From: Bacteroidales bacterium
GTDB taxonomy: Bacteria > Bacteroidota > Bacteroidia > Bacteroidales > 4484-276
Assembly: GCA_029934065.1 (NCBI GenBank)
Contig: JAOZMX010000003.1
Span: forward strand, 1-53,488
Direction: 5' to 3'
Length of the DNA stretch: 53,488 bases
Made by a program: the position numbers and the translations under genes. Positions 1-9,598 of the stretch are shown here, piece after piece; within the stretch, counting starts at the first letter, position 1; each line of letters opens with the position of its first letter. The notes under the pieces are model-generated. The model saw nothing but the letters and a program-made list of their open reading frames with translations. It made no database searches and was not told the DNA's origin.

Positions 1-429
1 TATTTAGAACAATTTATTATGGAACTCGGCAACGGATTTGCTTTTTTGGAACGGCAAAAAAGAATTTCAGTTGACAGCATAGATTATTATCTCGACTTGC
101 TCTTTTATCATAGGAAATTAAACCGGTTGGTGGCTATTGATTTAAAATTGGGGAAATTTAAACCCGAATACAAGGCACAAATTGAACTTTATTTGCGCTG
201 GCTCGAAAAATACGAAATGCAGGAGAGTGAGGGAAAACCCATTGGCTTACTGCTTTGCAGCGAGGGAAATACCGAACACATTGAATTACTGTTATTAGAC
301 GAAGACAAAATAAAAGTGGCGCAGTATTTAACCGAATTGCCAAGCAAAGAATGGTTTATTGATAAATTACACAAAGCATTGGAGCTGATTAATAATAATG
401 AAGAGATTAAAAATGAAAGTAATGAGTGA
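1..429 (+). CDS. YhcG/DUF1016 PD-(D/E)XK nuclease-domain protein, 5'-truncated by the window edge
   Basis: Frame is open from base 1 (YLEQFIMELGNGFAF...). Motifs ELGxGFAF, DLLFYHRKLxRLVAIDLKxGKF, QxxLYL and PIGLLLC match the YhcG C-terminal domain. Confidence 0.85.
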   Translation, partial: YLEQFIMELGNGFAFLERQKRISVDSIDYYLDLLFYHRKLNRLVAIDLKLGKFKPEYKAQIELYLRWLEKYEMQESEGKPIGLLLCSEGNTEHIELLLLDEDKIKVAQYLTELPSKEWFIDKLHKALELINNNEEIKNESNE

Positions 430-492
430 AAATAAAAAGCATAGCAATTTAAAAGGGAATCGCAATAAAATTCCGTACTGCTCATAGCTCAA

Positions 493-903
493 CTATTTGC
501 ACTCACCGCTTACCGTAACAGCAATCTGTCTGCTTTGCCGCGGTCCGTCAAACTCGCAGAAAAAAATATTCTGCCATGTGGAGAGTCCCAACTTCCCGTC
601 GATGACGGGGATGGTTTCGCTTGCCCCCACCAGCCCGGCTTTCAGGTGAGCATCGCCGTTGCCGTCCTGGGCGTCGTGCAGCCAAACGCCGGCGGGAATC
701 AGTTTGGCAAGCAGGTTGACCACATCCGTCTGTACAGAGTTGTCCCAGTTTTCCTGAATCATGATTGCGGCGGTGGCGCCACGCGCATAAACATTGACCA
801 TTCCGGTTTTGACCCCGCTGGCGGCAACAACAGCCTCCACCTTTTGTGTGATGTCGTACAAACCGTTGTGCCTGTCGGTGATGATGGTAATGATCCGTTG
901 CAC
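493..903 (-). CDS. yjbQ: YjbQ/UPF0047 family protein (secondary thiamine-phosphate synthase)
   Basis: TAAIMIQEN, HDAQDGNGDAHLKA and LSTWQNIFFCEFDGPR are UPF0047 motifs; GTG start. Confidence 0.9.
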   Translation of the reverse strand: MQRIITIITDRHNGLYDITQKVEAVVAASGVKTGMVNVYARGATAAIMIQENWDNSVQTDVVNLLAKLIPAGVWLHDAQDGNGDAHLKAGLVGASETIPVIDGKLGLSTWQNIFFCEFDGPRQSRQIAVTVSGECK

Positions 904-911
904 GGCCGGGA

Positions 912-2822
912 TTATTTTTTCAGATGATCTCCGAGAAATTGCTCCATGGCCCGGTAAAAGTCGAAGCGGTTTTCTTCGTTATGGAAGCCATGTCCTTCGT
1001 TGTCTTTTATCATGTATTCCACCTCGATACCGCGTTTTTTCAAAGCATTGACGATCTGGTCCGATTCGTTGATGTTGACCCTCGGGTCGTTGCGCCCCTG
1101 TGCCACAAACAACGGAGTGATGATCTTGTCGGCATTCAAAGCGGGCGAAGTGGCTCTGAATTGTACGCTGTCGGTCACCGGATTTCCCACCATTTCGTAC
1201 ATCATGTCCAGCATGGGTTTCCAGTAGGGAGGGATGGTTTTCATAAAGGTGAAAAGATTGGAAACGCCCACATAATCAACTGCTGCGGCATAAAGCGTAG
1301 GCGTGACCACCACGCCCTGCAGGGTGGCATATCCGCCGTAACTGCCGCCGTAGATGGCGATTCTGTTTTTGTCGGCAATGCCTTTCACGATGAGCCAGTT
1401 CACGCCGTCGGTAATGTCGTTTTGCATGTTCAGCCCCCACTGTTTGAAGGATTTTTCCATAAATTCACGGCCGTAACCCGTGGAGCCGCGGAAATTCATC
1501 TGCAAAACGGCATATCCCCTGTTGGCAAGGAATTGTACTTCGGGATTGAAACCCCAGTTGTCTCTTGCCCACGGGCCGCCGTGCGGGTTGACCACAACGG
1601 GAAGATTTTTGGCCGTTTCCATAGTCAGCCCTTTGGGAAGAGTAAGGTATCCCGGGATGACCAGTCCGTCGCGGGCGGTAAATTCGATGGGATAGACCGA
1701 AGCCATTTTGTTTTCGTCAAGCCACGGGCTCACATCGTGTATCTTCTCCAGTTTATCATTGTTTTGATCGTAAACGTAGTAGGCGCCCAAAGAACGGTCG
1801 CTGTATGTACGGACAATGTACATGTCTTCCGCTTTGCTCATGGAAGTGATCCCCAGTTCATAGTTTCCGAGGTCGCGGTTCAGGCGGTCGAAAAGCAGCT
1901 TGGTTTCGTTGTCGAAGAAATGTCTTTCCCGTTTCCACGAAGTATAGGATGCCGAGGTGATGACTTTCCGTTTTTTGGAATAAAAGACCGAAGACACATC
2001 ATAATCGTCATTGGCATACAGCACTTCAAGCTCCTTGCCGTTGGCAATATCGAAAATCACCACTGCGGTTTTGTCGCGCCCCAGATTGGAGATGGCATAA
2101 ACATTTTTGTTTTCAAAATCGAAAAATGCCGGCGACACGGTTTCTTTAAAATTGGTAGTCAGCACCGGTTTAAATTCTTCGTCTTCGTTTTCGCGATAAA
2201 GAATTTGTGTGTTGACGCCGTCAACAATGGCAATGGCGATACGCAATTTACCGTTGTGATCGGTCATCCAGCCCTGGATGTTGCCCGGGTTTTCGGCCAG
2301 CATGGTCATCTCCCCGGTTTTGATGTTCAGCCGGTAAGGGTCGAAAACCTGCGGATTGCGCTTGTTCAGGCCGATGATCACCTCATCGTCAATCTCATCC
2401 AGCTCATCAATGATTTGTGTTCTCACACCATCGAAACAGGTGAGGCATTTTTGGTTTTTGCCGTTCTTGTCCACTCCGTAAAGGGCAAAATTCTCATCTC
2501 CCCCGTTGTCCTTCAGATAGAGAATCCGGTTGGGATTGGCCCAGAAATATCCGGCAATGTCGCGATCGGTTTCGCTCGTAAGCCGTGTGGCTTTTTCTTT
2601 CCCTACTTTCTGAACAAAAATGTTCATCCGGTTTTCGTAAGGCGCCGTATAGGAAAAATATTTCCCGTCGGGCGAGATTTGATAAGATGTTTTTTCGGGA
2701 TTTCTGAAAAAATCCTCTAGGGGGATTTGGTTTTGTGCCATTGCTTTTTGGTTTGGTAACATGCCGAACAGGATACTTGTCAGCAATCCTGCGGCCAGCA
2801 TAATCAGATTGGTTTTTTTCAT
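912..2822 (-). CDS. S9 family peptidase (prolyl oligopeptidase/acylaminoacyl peptidase type), secreted
   Basis: Signal peptide, beta-propeller N-terminus, HGGPW, nucleophile GGSYGG, QGRNDPRV (Asp), EGHGF (His). Confidence 0.92.
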   Translation of the reverse strand: MKKTNLIMLAAGLLTSILFGMLPNQKAMAQNQIPLEDFFRNPEKTSYQISPDGKYFSYTAPYENRMNIFVQKVGKEKATRLTSETDRDIAGYFWANPNRILYLKDNGGDENFALYGVDKNGKNQKCLTCFDGVRTQIIDELDEIDDEVIIGLNKRNPQVFDPYRLNIKTGEMTMLAENPGNIQGWMTDHNGKLRIAIAIVDGVNTQILYRENEDEEFKPVLTTNFKETVSPAFFDFENKNVYAISNLGRDKTAVVIFDIANGKELEVLYANDDYDVSSVFYSKKRKVITSASYTSWKRERHFFDNETKLLFDRLNRDLGNYELGITSMSKAEDMYIVRTYSDRSLGAYYVYDQNNDKLEKIHDVSPWLDENKMASVYPIEFTARDGLVIPGYLTLPKGLTMETAKNLPVVVNPHGGPWARDNWGFNPEVQFLANRGYAVLQMNFRGSTGYGREFMEKSFKQWGLNMQNDITDGVNWLIVKGIADKNRIAIYGGSYGGYATLQGVVVTPTLYAAAVDYVGVSNLFTFMKTIPPYWKPMLDMMYEMVGNPVTDSVQFRATSPALNADKIITPLFVAQGRNDPRVNINESDQIVNALKKRGIEVEYMIKDNEGHGFHNEENRFDFYRAMEQFLGDHLKK

Positions 2823-2857
2823 AAGATGTGATTTTTAAAGTGTTTGTAAAACGAGGG

Positions 2858-2865
2858 CAAAGATA
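2858..2865 (-). promoter_or_regulatory. Bacteroidota sigmaA -7 box (TATCTTTG) for the S9 peptidase
   Basis: Exact TAnnTTTG match ~35 nt upstream of the ATG. Confidence 0.55.
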
Positions 2866-2870
2866 GATTA

Positions 2871-4241
2871 TTAATGCAAAATATGTCGTTCGGTCAATAC
2901 ATTTTTAATGTCGTTGAAGGTGGCCGGTTTGGCCAGAATGGTACGATCCTTATAAAGTAAAAATATCGTTGGTGTGGCAAATACATCATAAGCCTCCACC
3001 ACATCTCCTTTCCATTTCTTAAAATCGCAAACGTTGATCCAGTTCAGGTTGTTATTTTTGACGAACCCTTCGAGATCTTCTTTGGTATCGTCCAGCGAAA
3101 CGGCCAAAACCTGTAATGTGTCCTTGTTTACGGATTGATACAAACCGGCCAGTTGCGGAACAATGTTGGTGCAATGGGGACACCAGGTAGCCCAGAATAC
3201 CAGAAGCATATATTCCGAAGGCACTTCCGACAACGTCACCTCATTACCGTCGAGGTCGGTAGCGGTGAAATCCGGTGCTTTTTTGCCCACGGCAAATTTC
3301 TTCAGGCTTTCCACCTTTTTCTCCAGAGTGGCTTTTCGTTCGCTGTTTTCGCAGGTGGTCTCCAGATCAATGTTATCGGCAATGTAGGTGATAACCCTTT
3401 CAAATCCGTAGCTTTCAAACCCATTGATCAGAAAATCCATGGCAAATTCGTAAATCTCCTGATTCACTTTCGTCTCTTCCATGATCACTTTTACCGCTTT
3501 GATGAACTCCAGTTGCAGCATGTCTTTGCTTAACCTGTTGTTTTGATACAGTGAAAGGTATTGAAGTATTTTTCCCGAAATCACATCGCTGTACAACATG
3601 GCGGTGTCGCTGAAATCCATCCTGTCGAAAAAATGTGCCCTGACGTAATCAATTCGTTGCATGCCGATAACCGACGATGGCGGAATGGGCGAGAAATCCA
3701 TGTTGATGTAACCCGCCGTAAAGGTTGTTTTGTTTTGCTCCGTCAGCCCGTTGACGAAATCAATAAATTCGGTACGAAGCGTATCATACTTTTGACAGGC
3801 GATTTTGTAAAACGGATCGTCGGAGGGATAATCCGAAATGAATTGCGACAGCAAATGGGTTTTGTAATCTGTAATATTGCGCCGGTTCATGTATTCATAA
3901 TAAAGCTTGTTTTCGTCCGACTGCAAAAATACCAGACTGTCAATGATATGATTGATGTTGGTGGTAAAGACAATGTTTTCCCGGTTAAAGATCACATCAA
4001 TGAAAATATTTTTGTTGAGCCGCAAACGGTACATGCCGGTTTGAACATCCGGAGCAAAAGAATATTCGAAATAGCCGACATCGTTGACAGGGATAGAATC
4101 GAAAGCTTTCTGTTCGGTGCCGTAAAAACCCGAAATGCCGATCTTTCCGGCCTGAAGCCCCCGAACGGTTCCTTTGAGTTGAAAATCCTGTGACTGAAGC
4201 ACCAAAGGGAAAAGTAAAAATAAAAGAAGTGTTTTTTTCAT
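2871..4241 (-). CDS. TlpA/AhpC-TSA-like thioredoxin-fold protein with N-terminal Bacteroidota domains
   Basis: Signal peptide; C-terminal GKKAPDFT...FWATWCPHC...VSLD...TPTIFLL redoxin fold. Confidence 0.85.
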   Translation of the reverse strand: MKKTLLLFLLFPLVLQSQDFQLKGTVRGLQAGKIGISGFYGTEQKAFDSIPVNDVGYFEYSFAPDVQTGMYRLRLNKNIFIDVIFNRENIVFTTNINHIIDSLVFLQSDENKLYYEYMNRRNITDYKTHLLSQFISDYPSDDPFYKIACQKYDTLRTEFIDFVNGLTEQNKTTFTAGYINMDFSPIPPSSVIGMQRIDYVRAHFFDRMDFSDTAMLYSDVISGKILQYLSLYQNNRLSKDMLQLEFIKAVKVIMEETKVNQEIYEFAMDFLINGFESYGFERVITYIADNIDLETTCENSERKATLEKKVESLKKFAVGKKAPDFTATDLDGNEVTLSEVPSEYMLLVFWATWCPHCTNIVPQLAGLYQSVNKDTLQVLAVSLDDTKEDLEGFVKNNNLNWINVCDFKKWKGDVVEAYDVFATPTIFLLYKDRTILAKPATFNDIKNVLTERHILH

Positions 4242-4286
4242 CTGTTGTATTTCTTGTTTTAGAATGTGAAATGATAAAAGGGAGCT

Positions 4287-4790
4287 TTAATGTTTCATGG
4301 CCTTATAAATGTATATGCCCAATATGGCGGAGATCAATACGACGAAAACGAGAACAAACCATGTTCCCAGTCCGTTTTGCTTTCCCGATGCGGAATGGAC
4401 GATCGCATAAGAGAGATAAGCAAAAAATGAGGTGGAAAATGCGTTCAGTATTCTGATGAGTCTGCAAGCCATTTTGTATTGTACGTATGCATTTTCGGCC
4501 GTGATGGGTTTGGGGTAATTGAAAATATGAGGATAACGGCTCAAAACGACAAGCGAAATATAAATGACGATGCCCACAACGGAGAGCAGCCAAATCATGT
4601 TACTGTTACCGAAAGCGTCGGGCTTGCCGTCTATTCCGTAATGAACCGGGATGGTATCGGGCAGCGCTGCGAAATGGGCAATGGGAAAAGCGATTAAAAA
4701 AACTACGGCTGCCAGCCCGATGAGCTCAAAAAGCCAATCCACCGGTTCTTTGACGATGGTCAGTTTCGGTCTTTCTTCGTTTTTTTTCAT
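4287..4790 (-). CDS. DUF1648 membrane protein
   Basis: LPDTIPVHYGIDGKPDAFG signature plus about four hydrophobic segments. Confidence 0.8.
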   Translation of the reverse strand: MKKNEERPKLTIVKEPVDWLFELIGLAAVVFLIAFPIAHFAALPDTIPVHYGIDGKPDAFGNSNMIWLLSVVGIVIYISLVVLSRYPHIFNYPKPITAENAYVQYKMACRLIRILNAFSTSFFAYLSYAIVHSASGKQNGLGTWFVLVFVVLISAILGIYIYKAMKH

Positions 4791-4791
4791 C

Positions 4792-6939
4792 TTATTTTAG
4801 ATAATCATTAAAATATCCGGTGATTTTTTCGAAGAGGTGAACCCTTGCTTTGCCGCGCATATTGTGTCCTGCCCCCGGATACACAAAATAATCCACCTGT
4901 TTCCCTTTTTTGATACATTTGTCGAGGAAGGTCAGGCTGTTTTGCCACATCACTACCGGATCGTTGGTGCCGTGGATAATCAACAGCTTCCCCTGAAGCT
5001 GATCAACGTAATTCAGGACGGAAGCCTTTTTGTACCCATCGGGATTTTCCATGGGAGTGTCCATGTACCGTTCGCCATACATCACCTCGTACCATTTCCA
5101 GTCAATGACCGGCCCGCCGGCACAGGCCACTTTGAATACATCCGGATGACGCAAAAAAAGCGATGTAGTCATAAAACCGCCGTAGCTCCAGCCGTCCACG
5201 CCGATACGTGTTGTGTCCACATAGCCGAGCGATTTCAGGTACTTCACACCGGCCATCTGGTCGGCCATTTCTTTTTCGCCGCACTGGCGGTGGATGATGC
5301 TTTCGAAGGCAAATCCCCTGTTGGCCGAACCCCTGTTGTCGAGCGTAAAAATAACATATCCCTGCTGGGCCATGTAATTCAGCCAGAACCCGGCACCACC
5401 CGTCCACGTATTGTTGATGAGTTGTGCATGCGGCCCGCCATAAACATAGACAATAGCCGGATATTTTTCCGCCGGGTTGAAATCCGCAGGTTTGATCAGC
5501 CGGCAATACAAATCCGTTGTACTGTCGTCGGCCTTGATCGTAAATATTTCCATCTCGCCCACTTTGTAATCTTTCCACGGATCAACATCCGTAAGAAGCG
5601 TGTCGAGAACTTCACCTTTGTTATTCATCAGATAGTAAGCACGGGCCATCCCGGTGCTGCTGAATATATCCATAAAATACTCCATGTTTCCGGCCCCTTT
5701 TATCCGGTGCGTACCTGCCGTTTGTGTAAGCCGTTTGGTTTTTCCGTTTTTAATTGAAGTTTGATAAAGCTGACGTTCAATGGGACTGGCCTGGGTGGAA
5801 AGGTAATAAACATATTTCTCATCCGGGTCGAAACCCGGAAAATCCGTCACTTCCCATTCTCCCTGTGTGAGTTGACTGATCAGTTCACCATTTGTATCAT
5901 AAAGGTAAAGATGGTTCCATCCGTCACGGCGGCTTTGCCAAATAAATCTGTCGGGTTGATTTTTCAGGAATACGGGGCTGTGCTGCGGCTCGACGTACTT
6001 ATCGTTGCTTTCTTCGAAAAGGGTTTTAACAAGTTTTCCCGTCAGCGCATCGTATTTGTTCATCAGAAGGTGGTTCTGGGCGCGGTTGAGCAAGGCGACA
6101 TAAATATACCGGCTTTCCGGGCCCCAGCATACTGATGTAAGGTATTGGTTTTCGGGCCCTGTGATGCGGAGGTGTGTGTTTTCATTCAATGCGGGATTAA
6201 AGATTTCCATGCTCACTTTCTGGCTTTTCATACCCGCCATGGGATATTTGATGGGATCGGCTTTGGCTTCCCGGTGAAAAATATCCACCAGCGGATAATC
6301 GCCCACCTCGCTCTGATCAATAACATAATAGGCCAGCAACTTCCCGTCGGGCGACCAGAACGAACCGTTCTCGATGCCGAATTCATTCCGTGAAGGAATA
6401 TGACCGGAAAGAATATCGGGGTCGTCCCGGTCGGTAACCTGCATCACTTCTCCGTCAATGGATACAAACAGATTGTTGTCAACAGTGTAAGCCACCGAAA
6501 GCGACGAGGGCTCCACTTCAAGGTTTTCGGCCGTTTCGGGGTATTCATTGGTTTTATTCAATGTGGAATCCGAAAGGTTGTAAATAAAGATTTTGTGGTC
6601 GTGTGTAAAATAAAACTCACTGGCATCTTTCCATGTTATTCCCGGAAAACGTTTCAATTCATCCAGCCCGGCCGTTTTTCCGGCAGCATTCAGCCCGGAA
6701 AGGTGCAGCAAAGTATCCGCATGATCCGGATTGCCGGCGGCTTTGGTGATCAAGGCATTGTTTTCAACAAATGAATACTGATCGGTGCCGGGCACCCACC
6801 TGAGGTTCGATACCGATTCGGGATAAAGATCCCAATTCATATAGTCGTCAAGGGTAAAGTATTTTTCCTGGGCAGGTGCAAGGACGGGAATAACCGTCGC
6901 CATGAGCAGAAATAAGAATAACCGTAGTTTCATTTTCAT
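4792..6939 (-). CDS. S9B dipeptidyl peptidase IV / prolyl tripeptidyl peptidase-like protein
   Basis: DPP-IV N-terminal propeller (FWSPDG, KYPMAG), VYGGPHAQ, GWSYGG, YGERYMDTP, HGTNDPVV, GAGHNM. Confidence 0.92.
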   Translation of the reverse strand: MKMKLRLFLFLLMATVIPVLAPAQEKYFTLDDYMNWDLYPESVSNLRWVPGTDQYSFVENNALITKAAGNPDHADTLLHLSGLNAAGKTAGLDELKRFPGITWKDASEFYFTHDHKIFIYNLSDSTLNKTNEYPETAENLEVEPSSLSVAYTVDNNLFVSIDGEVMQVTDRDDPDILSGHIPSRNEFGIENGSFWSPDGKLLAYYVIDQSEVGDYPLVDIFHREAKADPIKYPMAGMKSQKVSMEIFNPALNENTHLRITGPENQYLTSVCWGPESRYIYVALLNRAQNHLLMNKYDALTGKLVKTLFEESNDKYVEPQHSPVFLKNQPDRFIWQSRRDGWNHLYLYDTNGELISQLTQGEWEVTDFPGFDPDEKYVYYLSTQASPIERQLYQTSIKNGKTKRLTQTAGTHRIKGAGNMEYFMDIFSSTGMARAYYLMNNKGEVLDTLLTDVDPWKDYKVGEMEIFTIKADDSTTDLYCRLIKPADFNPAEKYPAIVYVYGGPHAQLINNTWTGGAGFWLNYMAQQGYVIFTLDNRGSANRGFAFESIIHRQCGEKEMADQMAGVKYLKSLGYVDTTRIGVDGWSYGGFMTTSLFLRHPDVFKVACAGGPVIDWKWYEVMYGERYMDTPMENPDGYKKASVLNYVDQLQGKLLIIHGTNDPVVMWQNSLTFLDKCIKKGKQVDYFVYPGAGHNMRGKARVHLFEKITGYFNDYLK

Positions 6940-6959
6940 TTTCGTTTGATTATTAATGG

Positions 6960-7889
6960 TTATGTGTTCATGTCTTTGGCGGAAATGCCGAAAATTTCAT
7001 CCTTTTCAACATTCCCGATCGGTTCAATATGTACAACAACGTCATACACATTGTGAATATTCTTTTTCAGTTCCTGTTCGAGATTACGGGCGATCTGATG
7101 CGCATCGCCAACATTCAGAACGGGATCCACTTCAATATCGAGACCGATTACGTACATGTTGGCCAGTTTTCTCACCCTGACCCGGTGCGGGTTGTTTGCA
7201 CCGCGAACCTGTTCGACCGCATTGAATATTTTAGTGTAGATTTGTTGGTCGCTCACTCCGTCCATCAGTTCCACGTTGGTTTCCATAAAAATGTCGTATC
7301 CGCTTTTCATGATCCATAGGCTGATCAGCAGGGCAAATACGGAATCAATGACCGGCATTTTCAAACCGATGGTAAGTATCAGGCCAAGAAGTACCGAAAG
7401 CGAGATGACCACATCGTTGCGCATGTTCTTGCCGTTAGCAATCAGCATCGGGCTTTCTATTTTACGGCCTGTTTGCAGTAGATAATACGAAAGTGCCGCT
7501 TTGGCAAAAACCGAGAGTATAATAACATAAACGGCGATGGTTTCCGGGATCACTGTGCTGCCGCCCTCAACAAGTTTTTTAACGGTGGAGATGGCCAGTT
7601 GGGCTCCGGCAAAGAAGATGACGAACGACAAGGCCTTGGCGGCAATAGTGTCGGCTTTACGATAACCGTACGGGAATTTCATGTCGGGTGGTTTGGAGAT
7701 GATCCGTGCCGTAAAGAGTGTGATCAGCGAGGTGACGATGTCGCCGGCCGAATCAAGACCGTCGCCCACTACTGCCAGTGAACCCGCGATGAGACCGACG
7801 GCAATTTTCAATACCGCCAGTCCCGCATTGCCTCCCACTGCAATCCATGATGCCCTGATGATTTTTGATGTTCGTTGTTTATCGTTCAT
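6960..7889 (-). CDS. Cation diffusion facilitator (FieF-like) transporter
   Basis: GSLAVVGDGLDSAGD, PPDMKFPYGY, C-terminal dimerisation domain VVVHIEP. ATG at 7889 preferred over TTG at 7901. Confidence 0.9.
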   Translation of the reverse strand: MNDKQRTSKIIRASWIAVGGNAGLAVLKIAVGLIAGSLAVVGDGLDSAGDIVTSLITLFTARIISKPPDMKFPYGYRKADTIAAKALSFVIFFAGAQLAISTVKKLVEGGSTVIPETIAVYVIILSVFAKAALSYYLLQTGRKIESPMLIANGKNMRNDVVISLSVLLGLILTIGLKMPVIDSVFALLISLWIMKSGYDIFMETNVELMDGVSDQQIYTKIFNAVEQVRGANNPHRVRVRKLANMYVIGLDIEVDPVLNVGDAHQIARNLEQELKKNIHNVYDVVVHIEPIGNVEKDEIFGISAKDMNT

Positions 7890-8006
7890 GTTATTTGTCA
7901 AAATCGAGGTAAAAGTAGGAAAAATAAAAGGATAAGAAATGTATGGATTTTTCGCCCTGAAAAAATTTATTGATTTTTCAGCTTATCCCGTTTGGATGTA
8001 TCAGAA

Positions 8007-9584
8007 TCACCACCATTTTTGCCCGCCGTTTTCATTCACCGTAAAGATGCGTTCCTCTTTGTTTGAACCGGTTTTAACAAGCCATAAGAGTGCATTTTCC
8101 GGAGCGTCAAAACACAAGGGCTTTGTCGTTGCGGCAGTTGCCTTGCCAATGCTTTTCCATTCGTTATCCCAGTAAAACAACTCATAGAGTGCTCCGTTTT
8201 CGAAAGCAGCTTCCCTGATTTCATCGGTGGCTTTTACAATGGCGCGACGTGTTGTGGAATACAGCTTGATGGGATGGTAATGAAGCGTATCGGCACACAG
8301 TGTGATGCGGCTTCCCGAATCCGTTAAGATGAAAGGATGGGCTGCCGGAATCAGCTTGCCGTTTTTATAATACGCCGGCAGGTAAACAATATCGCCGCCC
8401 ATATCCGTAAATACCGTCTTTTTGTCGTTGATTTTTCCCCAGTGTATGGCTTTCCATTCGCCCGAATTGAAAACGCACAGATAAGCATAATGAACACTGT
8501 CGGGCGGAGCGAAAAGCAACGGCACACCAACCTGAAACACGGGGATATAATTTTTTGTGACATCCGTGTAATTTTTTCCTGACAGCCAGCGCGGCACCTT
8601 TTCGTATGAAGGTTTCAGCATGGCAAGACAGCTATCCTGCCGGGCAAAAGTCTTACGGTAAACCTTGGCTTTTTTGTTGTTGAGTTTGTATTCACCCGGA
8701 TTATCTCCGTCGCCCATAAAGATAACCACCTGTTTGTTTTGGTCAAGGAGGGCATTCCACGCATGATTGTTTCCTGTGTTGGGCCAGGCCGGTGTGTAGT
8801 CGCTCATCACTGCAATGCCCTGTGCCCGCATGGCATAAATGGCAAGATTTGTCATGTCTTCACAACGCCCCCTTCCGTATTCCAGCATTTCGTCGAGCCC
8901 GAGATCGGTGGGATGCCGGTAAAAAAGCGGATCGAAACGATACCATCCTTTGAGGTCGTCGTTGATCAGGCATGCTGCCTCCACCGGGTCTGCGGGTGTT
9001 TGAACGGAATCCTGTACCCAGCGATATTTGTCATAAAAATAGCCACGCCACGATTCCAAAGGCTCGTTGCTGCCCCGGTAAGGTAAAACATATTCGCAAA
9101 ACTCATCGAAAGTAAGAGATTCAGCCCAGGGCTTTTTCCACGCTTCAAAGGCAAGGTCAATATTTTCGGTAAGAAAATCGTAGGTTATGGTTTCAAGGTC
9201 CTCGATTACCGTGTCGCGTTCAAAATCCATCGCACCGATTTGTGCTTCTGCTGAATCCCATGCTGCAACCATGGTTTGATAATCGGGGTAGGAAAGCACT
9301 GTAAAATCTACCGGACGGCCCGCTGTATCCACCAGTTTCGCTCGCACATAATCATGCCCCTCCATGTTGCCGATAAGAAAATATGCTGCTTTTAACTTTA
9401 ACGAATCACCGGGGTTTTCTGCGTAGTGCGCAATTACCTGCTCCAATGTTTGCCGGTTTTCTTTGGCATTATTCAGCGCATTTTCCACTTTTTCGGGATA
9501 ATGTTGCCGGAAAGAACATCCGGCTGTAAAAAGTAATAGTAAGGATAAAACCCAAATAATTTTTTTGTATTGATTATTTTTCAT
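8007..9584 (-). CDS. Transglutaminase-like domain lipoprotein
   Basis: Lipobox LLFTAGC, FDEFCEYVLPYR..NEPLESWR, catalytic GRCED, NHAWNA. Confidence 0.8.
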   Translation of the reverse strand: MKNNQYKKIIWVLSLLLLFTAGCSFRQHYPEKVENALNNAKENRQTLEQVIAHYAENPGDSLKLKAAYFLIGNMEGHDYVRAKLVDTAGRPVDFTVLSYPDYQTMVAAWDSAEAQIGAMDFERDTVIEDLETITYDFLTENIDLAFEAWKKPWAESLTFDEFCEYVLPYRGSNEPLESWRGYFYDKYRWVQDSVQTPADPVEAACLINDDLKGWYRFDPLFYRHPTDLGLDEMLEYGRGRCEDMTNLAIYAMRAQGIAVMSDYTPAWPNTGNNHAWNALLDQNKQVVIFMGDGDNPGEYKLNNKKAKVYRKTFARQDSCLAMLKPSYEKVPRWLSGKNYTDVTKNYIPVFQVGVPLLFAPPDSVHYAYLCVFNSGEWKAIHWGKINDKKTVFTDMGGDIVYLPAYYKNGKLIPAAHPFILTDSGSRITLCADTLHYHPIKLYSTTRRAIVKATDEIREAAFENGALYELFYWDNEWKSIGKATAATTKPLCFDAPENALLWLVKTGSNKEERIFTVNENGGQKWW

Positions 9585-9598
9585 CACAATAATTTTAA

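Noticed and set aside
924-2720. 598-aa plus-strand ORF, and similar long antisense ORFs at 19795-21402, 47852-49273 and 41036-42001
   Set aside because: They lie antisense to well-supported genes and have no motifs; they are shadow ORFs from codon bias.
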